DNA of 64,000 bases. It comes from Candidatus Moraniibacteriota bacterium. GTDB lineage: Bacteria > Patescibacteriota > Minisyncoccia > Moranbacterales > UBA1568. Shown here one piece after another: positions 35,938-44,765 of the stretch (position 1 is its first letter; the number at the start of each line of letters is the position of its first letter). Where the stretch lies: contig JBATNG010000045.1 of NCBI GenBank assembly GCA_049290235.1, forward strand, positions 12,717-76,716, in the 5' to 3' direction. The position numbers and the translations under genes are program-made. The notes below the pieces were generated by a model. It saw only the letters and a list, made by a program, of their open reading frames with translations. It had not been told where the DNA came from and did no database searches.

Positions 35938-36543
35938 TTATTCGCGCGAATTAGAGAATCCAAATGAGAGCAGTTTTTCTTGAGCAAGTGTGGTTTCAAT
36001 ACCGAGTTTTTCCATTTGTTCGAGGGCTTCTTGGAAAAATCCATGAATGAGCAGACCGTGAGCCGACTGTCTCGAAAGACCTCGGGACTGAGCGAAGAAA
36101 AGAGCTTCCTCGCTCAGCGGGGCGGTCGTGGCGGCGTGATGACAGCGAACATCATGAGCGAGGATCTCGAGTGTCGGTCGCGCGGCGGCCCGGGCGTCGG
36201 CGGAGAGGAGGAGGGCGCGACTTTCCTGCGAGGCATCTGATCGGTGGGCAGCCGTGTCGATCAGGATAGCGCCATCATAAGCGAACGAGGACGATCCGGC
36301 GAGTGCAGCCTTCACGAGCACTGATGAGACGGTATCCGGAGCGAGGTGCTTTTGAGTGAGTGTGAGCGATTGTTTCAGGTTACCCTTTCCTGAATAAAGA
36401 GCGAAGACATGAGCGGTCGCGCCTGACCCAGCGAGCTCGATGGTAATGTCGCCCGTACGATTCAAAATGAAGAAGACCATCTGCTCGTTTTTTCCGAGTG
36501 TGTAAGTGTCTTGTGTTTCATGAGAAATGTCTCGGTATTGCAT
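35938..36543 (-). CDS. sufD: Fe-S cluster assembly protein SufD (short form)
   Basis: 201 aa with a SufB/SufD beta-helix C-terminal domain (HRSDASQESRALLLSADARAAARPTLEILAHDVRCHHAATTAPLSEEALFFAQSRGL). Confidence 0.75.
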   Translation of the reverse strand: MQYRDISHETQDTYTLGKNEQMVFFILNRTGDITIELAGSGATAHVFALYSGKGNLKQSLTLTQKHLAPDTVSSVLVKAALAGSSSFAYDGAILIDTAAHRSDASQESRALLLSADARAAARPTLEILAHDVRCHHAATTAPLSEEALFFAQSRGLSRQSAHGLLIHGFFQEALEQMEKLGIETTLAQEKLLSFGFSNSRE

Positions 36544-36544
36544 A

Positions 36545-37954
36545 TTAGCCGATTGAGCCTTTCATCTCTAAATTAATCAATCGGTTCAATTCGATCGAAT
36601 ATTCGAGGGGGATTTCCTTCACCACTGGATCGATGAAACCGTTGACGAGGAGCCCCTCAGCATCGCTCTGGGTGATACCGCGCGACATGAGATAGAAGAG
36701 CTTTTCCTCACCGATACGCTCGACCGTTGCCTCGTGTTCGACCGCGGCAGTCTCTTCGTTGATTCGCATCGTGGGGTACGTATCCGAGCGCGAGTGTTCA
36801 TCGAGGAGGAGCGCATCGCAGACGACAGATGCCCTGGCATTGGTCGCGCCTTGGGCGATGTGGACCAGGCCGCGGTACGAGGTACGGCCGCCGTCTTTGG
36901 AGATGGACTTGGAGACGACACGCGAAGTGGTGTCGGGCGCGAGGTGGACCATTTTCGCTCCCGCATCCTGGTGTTGGCCAGCACCGGCATAGGCGATGGA
37001 GAGCACCTCGCCCCGGGCGCCGCGGCCAGCGAGGTACACGGCCGGGTATTTCATCGTGACGCCACTACCAATATTGCAGTCGATCCACTCCATGACGGCA
37101 TTCTCTTCGGCCCGAGCCCGTTTGGTCACGAGGTTGTAAATGTTCTTCGACCAGTTCTGAACGGTCGTGTAGCGAACCCGAGCATTTTTTTTCACGAAGA
37201 TTTCTACGACTGCCGAGTGGAGCGAGCTCGACCGGTAGATCGGCGCGGTGCAGCCTTCGATGTAGTGGACCGAGCTGCCTTCCTCGGCGATGATGAGAGT
37301 GCGCTCGAATTGGCCAAACGATTCGGCATTGATGCGGAAATAGGCCTGGAGCGGCAGATCAACTTTGACACCTTTTGGGACATAGACAAAGGAGCCACCC
37401 GACCAGACCGCCGAATTGAGGGCGGCAAATTTGTTATCGTTGGGTGGGATGAGTTTACCCAAATACTCCTTCACAATTTTCGGATATTTTTTCACGGCGG
37501 TATCCATGTCACAGAAAATGACGCCGAGCTTAGTCAGTTCTTTGTGGACACTTTCATAGACGACTTCGGACTCGTACTGGGCGGAGACACCGGCGAGGAA
37601 ATTCTTCTCTGCTTCGGGCACGCCGATTTTGTCATACGTATCCTTGATCTCTTTCGGCAGGTCTTCCCAAGTTTGCGACTGCTGGTCGACCGCTTTCAGG
37701 TAATACGTGATGGCGTCAAAGTCGATACCCGAGAGATCAGCACCCCAGTCAGGCATCGGCTTAGCCAGGAAAGTCTGATAGCTCTTGAGTCGGAAGTCGC
37801 GCATCCATTTTCCTTCGCCTTTGACACCGGAAATCTCGCTGACCGTCGCAGCATCGAGGCCTAGGCTCGTCTTGTGGACGGAGCGCTCGGGCATGGAGAA
37901 ACCGAACTGGTAATCTCCGAGGTCGATATTTTTTTGGCTCGTTTTCTTGGACAT
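36545..37954 (-). CDS. sufB: Fe-S cluster assembly protein SufB
   Basis: Start at ATG 37954 (MSKKTSQKNIDLGDYQFGF). SufB motifs throughout (GLVHIAQGATNARASVVCDALLLDEHSRSDTYPTMRINEETAAVEHEATV). A 376-aa antisense ORF over the same span is rejected. Confidence 0.9.
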   Translation of the reverse strand: MSKKTSQKNIDLGDYQFGFSMPERSVHKTSLGLDAATVSEISGVKGEGKWMRDFRLKSYQTFLAKPMPDWGADLSGIDFDAITYYLKAVDQQSQTWEDLPKEIKDTYDKIGVPEAEKNFLAGVSAQYESEVVYESVHKELTKLGVIFCDMDTAVKKYPKIVKEYLGKLIPPNDNKFAALNSAVWSGGSFVYVPKGVKVDLPLQAYFRINAESFGQFERTLIIAEEGSSVHYIEGCTAPIYRSSSLHSAVVEIFVKKNARVRYTTVQNWSKNIYNLVTKRARAEENAVMEWIDCNIGSGVTMKYPAVYLAGRGARGEVLSIAYAGAGQHQDAGAKMVHLAPDTTSRVVSKSISKDGGRTSYRGLVHIAQGATNARASVVCDALLLDEHSRSDTYPTMRINEETAAVEHEATVERIGEEKLFYLMSRGITQSDAEGLLVNGFIDPVVKEIPLEYSIELNRLINLEMKGSIG

Positions 37955-38119
37955 TTCGTTCGATCGTTGATTTTCTTTCTTCAAACCTGTGAGGAATACC
38001 TCAGCGGTCTTCAAAAAGAAAACGCACGATCTGCTTATGAGGATAAGTCCGGCCATCTCTCCTCGTTCCTGTGAAGCGGACTTCAGCGGAACTCGCAATA
38101 ATGGCCGTTATAAATTGGT

Positions 38120-38857
38120 TTAGGAGAGATTTTCGAAACCCTTTTCTTCGATCTGTTTCGCGAGTGCGCTACGGCCGGTCTTTATGAGTCGGCCATCACG
38201 CAGTACCAGGACTTCATCGGGAGCGATCGTCTTCAGGAGCCGGGTCGAGTGCGTGATGAAAACACGCGTCGTTTCTTTGGGGAAATGTCGGTTCAGAAAT
38301 TTCGTGATCGTTTTCAGAGCATCGACATCGACACCGGTATCGAGCTCATCGAAAATGGCGAAGCGGGGAGCGAGGAGGACCGCCTGGAGGGCTTCGAGCT
38401 TTTTCTTCTCACCGCCCGAGAATCCAGCATTGAGTGAACGCTTCAAAAGCTCATCCTTGATATGGAGTTCCTGGGCATACTCGGCGACGAGCTGGTGGAG
38501 CTCCACCGGTTCGATCCGCTTCTCGAGCGCGAGTCGCAGCAACTCGAAGACGGTCACCCCGGCGAGTTCCATTGGCGTCTGAAAGGAGAGGAAGACACCG
38601 AGCCGGGCGCGTTCATCGGGGGAGAGATTCTTCAGGTTCTTCTTGCCAGTCGGGCGAGCGGGCTTGCCGACAAGCAACTTGGCATTCCGGGAAATAAGAT
38701 ACTTCGGGTGTCCCATGATAGCGCTGGCTAGAGTCGATTTGCCGGAGCCGTTCGGGCCCATGAGCGCATACGTCTTGCCCGCTTTGAAATCGAAAGAGAA
38801 ATCATGGAGGATCTTCTTGTCCTCGACGGAGACGGAGAGATTTTGGATGGTGAGCAT
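38120..38857 (-). CDS. sufC: Fe-S cluster assembly ATPase SufC
   Basis: Start at ATG 38857 (MLTIQNLSVSVEDKKILHDFSF). Walker A GPNGSGKSTL, ABC signature LSGGEKKKLE, Walker B FAIFDELDTGVD. The longer upstream extension is Arg/Ser-rich junk. Confidence 0.9.
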   Translation of the reverse strand: MLTIQNLSVSVEDKKILHDFSFDFKAGKTYALMGPNGSGKSTLASAIMGHPKYLISRNAKLLVGKPARPTGKKNLKNLSPDERARLGVFLSFQTPMELAGVTVFELLRLALEKRIEPVELHQLVAEYAQELHIKDELLKRSLNAGFSGGEKKKLEALQAVLLAPRFAIFDELDTGVDVDALKTITKFLNRHFPKETTRVFITHSTRLLKTIAPDEVLVLRDGRLIKTGRSALAKQIEEKGFENLS

Positions 38858-38861
38858 AGCG

Positions 38862-39266
38862 TTAGCGAGTGGTATGAGACAAATGTTCGAGTGAAATACC
38901 CGAGAGCGTTTCCTCGATCTTTTCTTCGAGCGTGCGCCAGACTTGATTGGTCTGGCAGTGGCTGACCTGGAGGCAGGGGAGAGAGCCTTTGATCGGCGGA
39001 GTGAACATCTCAATCGGACCATCAAGGACGCGGAGGATGTCCCAGACGTTTGTCGCCCGAGCGGATCGAGCGAGCAGATAGCCGCCGGCGACACCTTTGG
39101 TTGCCTCGACGATGCCGGCCTTCCGGAGCGCCTGGAGGATTTTCTCGAGGTAGTCTTCGGGGAGATGCTCGGACTCTGCCAGGGCGTGGATAGAGAGCGG
39201 CCGACCAGCCTGCACCAAGGCGATCGCGGCTCGGAGGCCGTAGTAAGCCTTTTTTGATACTTTCAT
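38862..39266 (-). CDS. Rrf2-family transcriptional regulator (IscR/SufR-like), first gene of the suf operon
   Basis: MKVSKKAYYGLRAAIALV...HTH...GIVEATKGVAGGYLLAR is the Rrf2 signature. Cys residues are present in the C-terminal part (CLQVSHCQ). Confidence 0.85.
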   Translation of the reverse strand: MKVSKKAYYGLRAAIALVQAGRPLSIHALAESEHLPEDYLEKILQALRKAGIVEATKGVAGGYLLARSARATNVWDILRVLDGPIEMFTPPIKGSLPCLQVSHCQTNQVWRTLEEKIEETLSGISLEHLSHTTR

Positions 39267-39327
39267 CCCGTTAGAAAAACACGAGTTATAGAGGGTATTT
39301 CGTGAAAACGAACCCGTTTCTAACGGG
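39267..39327 (-). promoter_or_regulatory. structured 5'-UTR element of the suf operon: perfect 11-bp inverted repeat abutting the rrf2 start codon
   Basis: CCCGTTAGAAA (39267-39277) and TTTCTAACGGG (39317-39327) are separated by 39 nt. On the mRNA the stem ends at the AUG. Confidence 0.5.
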
Positions 39328-39353
39328 ATTCATAATGCGGACTAATTAGGTCC

Positions 39354-39382
39354 ACTATAGGGAGCGGGCGACCTCTTGTCAA
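39354..39382 (-). promoter_or_regulatory. sigma70-like promoter of the suf operon
   Basis: Minus strand: -35 TTGACA (39377-39382), 17-nt spacer, -10 TATAGT (39354-39359). The predicted TSS leaves an 80-nt leader that contains the inverted repeat. Confidence 0.6.
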
Positions 39383-39527
39383 GGGTACTCGCAGCATCGG
39401 GTATTGACAGAAACTGGATTGGTGCGATAGTGGAGGCAGTTTTTTCGTAGCGTCTGTTTCTGGGTCTGGACTGGTGATCGATGGCAGCGGCCATCGGTTT
39501 TCTTCGATTGTTTCTCAGGAGAACAAG

Positions 39528-39839
39528 ATGAAAGTCGCGCACGGGAATAAGGTGTTGGACGAGAAGCAACTCCGCAAGTTCGCAGAGGATGTTGGCCCGG
39601 AATGGCTGGGGGACTTCCTAGTGGGTTTGTCCGAGGAAGTGGACTCGGACGTAGTTGTCGGCCTTGAACTCAATCATAAGGGGAAGGTCGTGACAAACGA
39701 ATCTATCCGACGACTCAAGCCATGGGCCGACGGGTACCATTACGGAGAGGCGCTTATCCGCTGGAGTAATATCTTGAGATGTCCTTCGGCGGAGGCAGCA
39801 CTTGACCGGATGTTGGACGAGATCGACAAGATCAAGTGA
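39528..39839 (+). CDS. hypothetical protein
   Basis: ATG at 39528 preceded by AGGAGAA (MKVAHGNKVLDEKQLRKF...). 103 aa with no family recognised. A terminator follows. Confidence 0.5.
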   Translation: MKVAHGNKVLDEKQLRKFAEDVGPEWLGDFLVGLSEEVDSDVVVGLELNHKGKVVTNESIRRLKPWADGYHYGEALIRWSNILRCPSAEAALDRMLDEIDKIK

Positions 39840-39862
39840 GTAGGGGAATCATCCCGAACATT

Positions 39863-39900
39863 GGGGGACGTGAACGTACGTTCCCCTTTAATTTTGTCTT
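39863..39900 (+). terminator. Rho-independent terminator
   Basis: GGGGGACGT ... ACGTTCCCC stem with one bulge, then TTTAATTTTGTCTT. Confidence 0.55.
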
Positions 39901-39942
39901 GGTTTGCGGTCGGACTGATGGGGGTGCTAAGCTGGCCACGTT

Positions 39943-40956
39943 ATGGAAAAATTTTTTTGGCAGACAATGCCGCGGCCATTTTTCGCCTTGGCCCCGCTCG
40001 CCAATGTGACGGACGCGGTCTTTCGGCAGCATATCATCCGGCACAGTCGGCCCGATGTGTTGTGGACGGAATTCGTCTCGGCCGACGGGTTGTGTCATCC
40101 CAAGGGTCGCGAAGCGCTGTTACGAGATTTACGGTTTGATGAGAATGAGCGGCCCATCGTCGCGCAACTCTTTACCGCGCACCCTGAAAAGATGTTTGAG
40201 GCGGCCAAGCTTATCGCCACGCTTGGGTTTGATGGGCTCGATATCAATATGGGTTGTCCGGACAAAAACGTGATGAAGCAGGGTGCCGGAGCCATGTGTA
40301 TGCAGGACCCGAAGCTGGCGCAGCAACTCATCATCGCCGCTCGGGAAGGGTGTGCCGCTAGCGGGACGGCGCTCCCGATCTCGGTCAAGACCCGGCTTGG
40401 GTTCAATGATGATGTGCTCGAAGAGTGGCTCCCGGTGTTGCTCGAAGCGAAGCCAGCACTCATCACGGTCCATGCGCGGACGAAAAAAGAGCTATCCCAA
40501 GTGCCGGCGCGTTGGGAACGAGTGAAACGGGCGGTGGAAATCGCGGCGGGAAGCGGGACGCTTATCGTGGGGAATGGCGATGTCCACGATCTCACCGAGG
40601 CGCGGGCCAAGGCCAGGGAGACGGGGTGCGATGGCGTGATGCTCGGTCGGGCGATATTCGGTAACCCCTGGCTCTTTGATGAGGCCAAGGAAGTAACGGT
40701 CGGGGAGAAAGTACGCTCCGCCCTCGAACACACGCGGCTCTTTGTCGACGTGTGGGGCGAGACGAAGAGTTTCGAGCTCATGAAGAAACACTATCAGGCG
40801 TATATCAACCATTTCCCGCTCGCCAAAGAATTGCGGGTCGCACTCATGGAGTGTCACAGCGTCGGCGAGGTAGAGGCGGTGATCGCGGTGTTCCTCCGAG
40901 AGCATCCTGATATCGCGAGTGAAACAATAGACAGTCCTCATTCCGTTCAACGGTAA
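39943..40956 (+). CDS. dus: tRNA-dihydrouridine synthase
   Basis: LAPLANVTDAVFR, DGLDINMGCPDKNVMKQGAGAM (catalytic Cys) and ITVHARTKKE are the Dus TIM-barrel motifs. Confidence 0.9.
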   Translation: MEKFFWQTMPRPFFALAPLANVTDAVFRQHIIRHSRPDVLWTEFVSADGLCHPKGREALLRDLRFDENERPIVAQLFTAHPEKMFEAAKLIATLGFDGLDINMGCPDKNVMKQGAGAMCMQDPKLAQQLIIAAREGCAASGTALPISVKTRLGFNDDVLEEWLPVLLEAKPALITVHARTKKELSQVPARWERVKRAVEIAAGSGTLIVGNGDVHDLTEARAKARETGCDGVMLGRAIFGNPWLFDEAKEVTVGEKVRSALEHTRLFVDVWGETKSFELMKKHYQAYINHFPLAKELRVALMECHSVGEVEAVIAVFLREHPDIASETIDSPHSVQR

Positions 40957-40989
40957 AGAAATGCCCCTGGTGCATTGCGCACTCAGGGG
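40950..40989 (-). terminator. Rho-independent terminator downstream of pyrC
   Basis: CCCCTG (40964-40969), 14-nt loop, CAGGGG (40984-40989). The minus strand is followed by ATTTCTTTACC. Confidence 0.5.
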
Positions 40990-41015
40990 ACTTGGCCTCG
41001 GTCGCGTGGGACCGG

Positions 41016-42068
41016 TTAGGCAGCGAGCTGCCAGGGGATGATCTCGCCGGCTCGGAAGGGAACAACGACGCTGTCGCCGAAGGGGAGCGAGTCAGGCACT
41101 TGCCACGGTTCACGGCGGAGCGTGACCGTATCGATATTCCTCGGCAGGCCGTAGAATCTCGCGCCGTAGATGCTGGCGAAGCCTTCCAGTTTATCGAGCG
41201 CGTTGGCTTGTTCGAAGGCTTCGGCATAGAGCTCGATGGCCGCGTGAGCCGTGTAGCAGCCAGCACAGCCACAAGCTGCTTCCTTGGTTCCCACCGCATG
41301 CGGCGCGGAGTCGGTACCGAGGAAGAACTTCGGATTGCCCGAAGTCGCGGCGCGAAGGAGTGCCCGGCGGTGTTCTTCTCGCTTGAGGACCGGCAGGCAG
41401 TAGTGATGCGGCCGCACCCCGCCAGCAAAGATGGCGTTGCGATTCAGCAGCAGGTGGTGCGCCGTGATGGTCGCGGCGATGTTCGGACCAGCGTCGGTTA
41501 CGAACTGCGCTGCCTCGCTTGTCGTGATGTGTTCGAAGACAATACGCAGACCTGGGAAGCGCTTGAGGAGCGGTGCCAGTACACGATCAATGAACACGTT
41601 TTCCCGGTCGAAGATATCGACTGTGGGATCGGTGACTTCACCGTGCACACAGAGCACCATATCTTCACGTTCCATTGCCCGGAGCACCGGATAGATGTTT
41701 TTGATATCCGTGACTCCATTCTCGCTATTGGTAGTCGCACCAGCAGGGTAGAGCTTACAGGCAACGATACCCGCTGCCAATGCTGGTCGGATGATGCTCG
41801 CCGGCGTCCGATCGGTTAGATAGAGCGTCATGAGCGGATTGAAGGTGCTGCCGTTGGGGAGCGCTGAGATGATGCGTCTCCCGTATGCGAGCGCCTGTTC
41901 GACGGTCGTGACCGGCGGCCTCAGGTTGGGCATGATGATAGCCCGACCGAAGCGGCGCGCCGTATCCGGCAGCACTGCGGCCAAGGCGAGGCCGTCGCGG
42001 AGGTGCAGGTGCCAATCATCGGGCCGGGTGATGGTGAGAGTCGTTGGATCGTAGACTTTCATTGCCAT
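41016..42068 (-). CDS. pyrC: dihydroorotase (homodimeric class II type)
   Basis: [12 protein letters not shown] at the N-terminus, plus the conserved FLGTDSAPH metal-binding motif. Confidence 0.9.
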   Translation of the reverse strand: MAMKVYDPTTLTITRPDDWHLHLRDGLALAAVLPDTARRFGRAIIMPNLRPPVTTVEQALAYGRRIISALPNGSTFNPLMTLYLTDRTPASIIRPALAAGIVACKLYPAGATTNSENGVTDIKNIYPVLRAMEREDMVLCVHGEVTDPTVDIFDRENVFIDRVLAPLLKRFPGLRIVFEHITTSEAAQFVTDAGPNIAATITAHHLLLNRNAIFAGGVRPHHYCLPVLKREEHRRALLRAATSGNPKFFLGTDSAPHAVGTKEAACGCAGCYTAHAAIELYAEAFEQANALDKLEGFASIYGARFYGLPRNIDTVTLRREPWQVPDSLPFGDSVVVPFRAGEIIPWQLAA

Positions 42069-42105
42069 GGTGATACTCCTTTCGGGTGGTGGGATGTTGC
42101 GGGGT

Positions 42106-43002
42106 TCAGATGAGGTTGGCGTACCCAGTCAGGATATGACCGAATACGTGCGGGTCTTCGGTGAAGAAATAGGCGGTGCCTACTTGTCCGCCGATGGCGC
42201 CCATCTTGAGACGGTCGTAGAGATGTTGACCTTCCGAGATGGCACCCACTGAGATGATCGGGTGATGAGGCAGTAGAGTGTGGAATTCCCTGAGCTCTTG
42301 TTCAGCGTACGGGCGGAGTTCAGTACCACCCATGCCGCCGACATTGATTACCTGATCATCAGATCTGAACGAGATGGCTGGTTTGCCATCCTCACGGATG
42401 AGACTGGTACTCGGTTTCGTGTTCGTGGTGAGGAGTGTCACTACCCAGGGTTTCAGAACAGAAGCGACCTCTCGGCGCAGCTCGTGCTTTTCTGCAAAGA
42501 GAGTGAGTTTCATGTGGACATCAATGATCCTGTAGCCTACAACGGCGAAGATGTCTTTCAGTTCGCGTTCGAGGCCACGAGGATCGTGGGAGATGATCTT
42601 CTTCTGTCGCCCTTGTACCCACACGTTCGGACAGCCACCGTTGAAGGTGATGAAGTCAACGCGAGCTTCGACGCAGAGTTGGCAGAGCTTTTCGGTGTCG
42701 CCCTGATCGATCGCCGCAATGTTTACGCCGAGTTTCTTGCCGTGAGCATGAGCAATTTCGATCATCTCAGGCAGAACACGTCGGTAATACTGTGCGCCAC
42801 CATTGTTCATTCCTAGCGCATTCACCGAGGTACCGTCAGTTCGTAGCCAGAGGATGTCGCCGACATTACCGGGGCGATCTTCCCATGTGATCGAGCCAAC
42901 TTCAATGTGAGTCACGTCAGTCCTGGTCGCGAGCTTTTTGACGTCTTCCAGGGTCTTGCAAGTACCTCCGGCGTTGCCGAAGAAGAATGGTTGAGGATCC
43001 AT
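42106..43002 (-). CDS. pyrD: dihydroorotate dehydrogenase (class 1-like)
   Basis: Start at internal Met ([17 protein letters not shown]). FNGGCPNV matches [14 protein letters not shown]...ISVGAISEG follow. The upstream ORF extension lacks similarity. Confidence 0.8.
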   Translation of the reverse strand: MDPQPFFFGNAGGTCKTLEDVKKLATRTDVTHIEVGSITWEDRPGNVGDILWLRTDGTSVNALGMNNGGAQYYRRVLPEMIEIAHAHGKKLGVNIAAIDQGDTEKLCQLCVEARVDFITFNGGCPNVWVQGRQKKIISHDPRGLERELKDIFAVVGYRIIDVHMKLTLFAEKHELRREVASVLKPWVVTLLTTNTKPSTSLIREDGKPAISFRSDDQVINVGGMGGTELRPYAEQELREFHTLLPHHPIISVGAISEGQHLYDRLKMGAIGGQVGTAYFFTEDPHVFGHILTGYANLI

Positions 43003-43124
43003 CAGGTGCTCCTTCCTTATGTGTTCAGTTGTCAAAGAGGGTATATCCTCAGCGTCGAGGATTGGCGGCATTGTATCAGCTCGGGAGAGGGTGTCAATTG
43101 TGCGCGCAGGGGGCAGATGGCGCG

Positions 43125-43154
43125 TTGAATCGACGGACAGTCCTATGGTATACT
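43125..43154 (+). promoter_or_regulatory. promoter with extended -10 (TGGTATACT) for the small-peptide/ftsB-like/ppiC transcription unit
   Basis: -35 TTGAAT (43125-43130), 18-nt spacer, TGGTATACT (43146-43154), then AGGAA 7 nt before ATG 43171. Confidence 0.55.
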
Positions 43155-43170
43155 GTCTCAGGAATAACCT

Positions 43171-43281
43171 ATGAGTTTCAAAGCGCGGCACAAGAAGATT
43201 TATTTTGCCTGGGTCATCATTTCGGCCCTCGTCGCCTTGTCCATGGTGCTGTTCCTGGTGGCGCCGTTTTTTCTCTACTAG
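43171..43281 (+). CDS. small hydrophobic peptide (36 aa), putative
   Basis: MSFKARHKKIYFAWVIISALVALSMVLFLVAPFFLY: a basic N-terminus plus one TM helix. It has a good SD and promoter and ends 2 nt before the ftsB-like start. It is below the 60-aa cutoff of the ORF track. Confidence 0.45.
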   Translation: MSFKARHKKIYFAWVIISALVALSMVLFLVAPFFLY

Positions 43282-43283
43282 CT

Positions 43284-43679
43284 ATGAGCTGGCGCTCGCC
43301 GTGGGTCCGCCTGGGGATTAGCGTGATGCTCGGGATCACGGCCTGGGCCGGCTGGGCCAGTTTCCAGCAGTATGAGCGCAGCGTCCGAATCCAGCAGGAG
43401 ATCGATGTCTTGAAACGCGAGGCGGAGCGCGTCGCGCGGGAGAATGAAACCCTGTCGCAAAAGATCCAGTACTTCGCATCGCCTGATTTCAAGGAAGAAG
43501 AAGCGAAAGAGAAGCTCGGACTCAGGCGGCAAGAGGAACAGGTGATCGCGATCGATGGCGATGTGCGACTCGTCCCAGAACCAGAGCTCCAAGCCGCGGG
43601 CACGATCGAACGAGTGGGGTGGCAGACACCCAACTACCGGAAGTGGTGGAATCGTTTCTTCAATCACAGCGCGCAATAA
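43284..43679 (+). CDS. septum formation initiator (FtsB/DivIC-like) protein
   Basis: N-terminal TM helix (RLGISVMLGITAWAGWASF), then the coiled coil QQEIDVLKREAERVARENETLSQKIQYFASPDFKEEEAKEKLGL characteristic of FtsB/DivIC. Confidence 0.7.
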   Translation: MSWRSPWVRLGISVMLGITAWAGWASFQQYERSVRIQQEIDVLKREAERVARENETLSQKIQYFASPDFKEEEAKEKLGLRRQEEQVIAIDGDVRLVPEPELQAAGTIERVGWQTPNYRKWWNRFFNHSAQ

Positions 43680-43691
43680 AAACCAATCCCT

Positions 43692-44747
43692 ATGGCCGAA
43701 GTCGAACTGCCGATCAAACCGTTCAAGCCCCAATGGCCGAAAATCGTGCTCGCGGTGTTTGTACTGGCGGTGGTGCTCGCGATCGGTGTCCTGGTTTTGG
43801 TCTACAAAAAGCCGGAAAGCGCAATCGGAGCGATGCTGGCGAACCGCTTCCCTTTCCCATTGGTCCTGATCGGCCAGGGCGTGGCGGTGACGACCGAGGG
43901 GCTGGCTGAAAACCGCGAGGCGCTTCGGAATTTCTATGAATCGCAGGATTTCGCCGGTCTCGGGATGCGGGTTGATTTCACGACCGACGATGGCAAGAAA
44001 CGGTTGAAGATCCGCGAGAAGGATCTGATCAATAAAATGCTCGAGGACAAGGCGATCGAACTCCTCGCTGGGAGACGGGGCATCGCAGTGACCAGCGATC
44101 AAGTCGCCAGTGAGACGACCGTGAAGATGAAAGAACTCGGCACGACGGACAAAGTCGAGGAGACGCTCGCTCGGCTGTATGGCTGGACCATCGCTGATTT
44201 CCAAACTCAGGTCGTCCGTCCGGCGATGTATGAAGCGGCGCTTTTCCAGACGTACCAGTCTGAAGTCGATCAAACCGCGGCCAAGGACAAAATAGAGGCA
44301 GCAGAAAAGGCTCTCAAGACAAAGAAGCCGTTTGATGAGGTCGCGCGGAGTTTCTCACAAGGTGAGACGAGGGCCGCCGGCGGTGACCTTGGCTGGTTCC
44401 GGCTCGAGGATCTCGCCCCAGAGCTCCGGAGCCCGGTCGACAATGCCCAGCTCAAGATCCCGACGGACATCGTCGAGAGTCCGCTCGGCTATCATATCCT
44501 GCTCGTGGAGGACACGAAGCTCGAAGATGATGTACGCCGCTATCATATCCGGCAGATCTTCACGCGCAAGCTGAGTTTCGCTGATTGGCTCGCAGGAGAG
44601 TTACGCCAGTTGCCCGTGAGTGTCATTTCCGATGACTATGAGTGGCAACGTGATGCGGCGCGGATCGAATTCCGCTCGGCCGAGATGCGGGCCTTTGAAG
44701 TAAAACTGCGCGAGAATGCCAAGAGCGATCCTTCGCTTATTTTCTAA
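43692..44747 (+). CDS. membrane-anchored parvulin-type peptidyl-prolyl isomerase (PpiC/SurA-like)
   Basis: N-terminal TM helix. Parvulin domain GGDLGWFRLEDLAPELRSPV...PTDIVESPLGYHILLVED. The 331-aa antisense ORF 43278-44273 is rejected. Confidence 0.8.
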   Translation: MAEVELPIKPFKPQWPKIVLAVFVLAVVLAIGVLVLVYKKPESAIGAMLANRFPFPLVLIGQGVAVTTEGLAENREALRNFYESQDFAGLGMRVDFTTDDGKKRLKIREKDLINKMLEDKAIELLAGRRGIAVTSDQVASETTVKMKELGTTDKVEETLARLYGWTIADFQTQVVRPAMYEAALFQTYQSEVDQTAAKDKIEAAEKALKTKKPFDEVARSFSQGETRAAGGDLGWFRLEDLAPELRSPVDNAQLKIPTDIVESPLGYHILLVEDTKLEDDVRRYHIRQIFTRKLSFADWLAGELRQLPVSVISDDYEWQRDAARIEFRSAEMRAFEVKLRENAKSDPSLIF

Positions 44748-44765
44748 TCATTCATCATCAACCCT

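Noticed and set aside
36734-37864. 376-aa plus-strand ORF
   Set aside because: It is antisense to sufB. The same applies to the 8953-9750 ORF opposite dnaX, the 11811-12590 ORF opposite the sigma4/HARE gene, the 2435-3163 ORF opposite the antiporter, the 22036-22746 ORF opposite paralog 1, and the 62946-63979 ORFs opposite the methyltransferase.
43278-44273. 331-aa minus-strand ORF
   Set aside because: It is antisense to the clearly recognisable FtsB-like and PpiC-parvulin genes. The Arg/Pro-rich translation is typical of spurious frames in GC-rich DNA.
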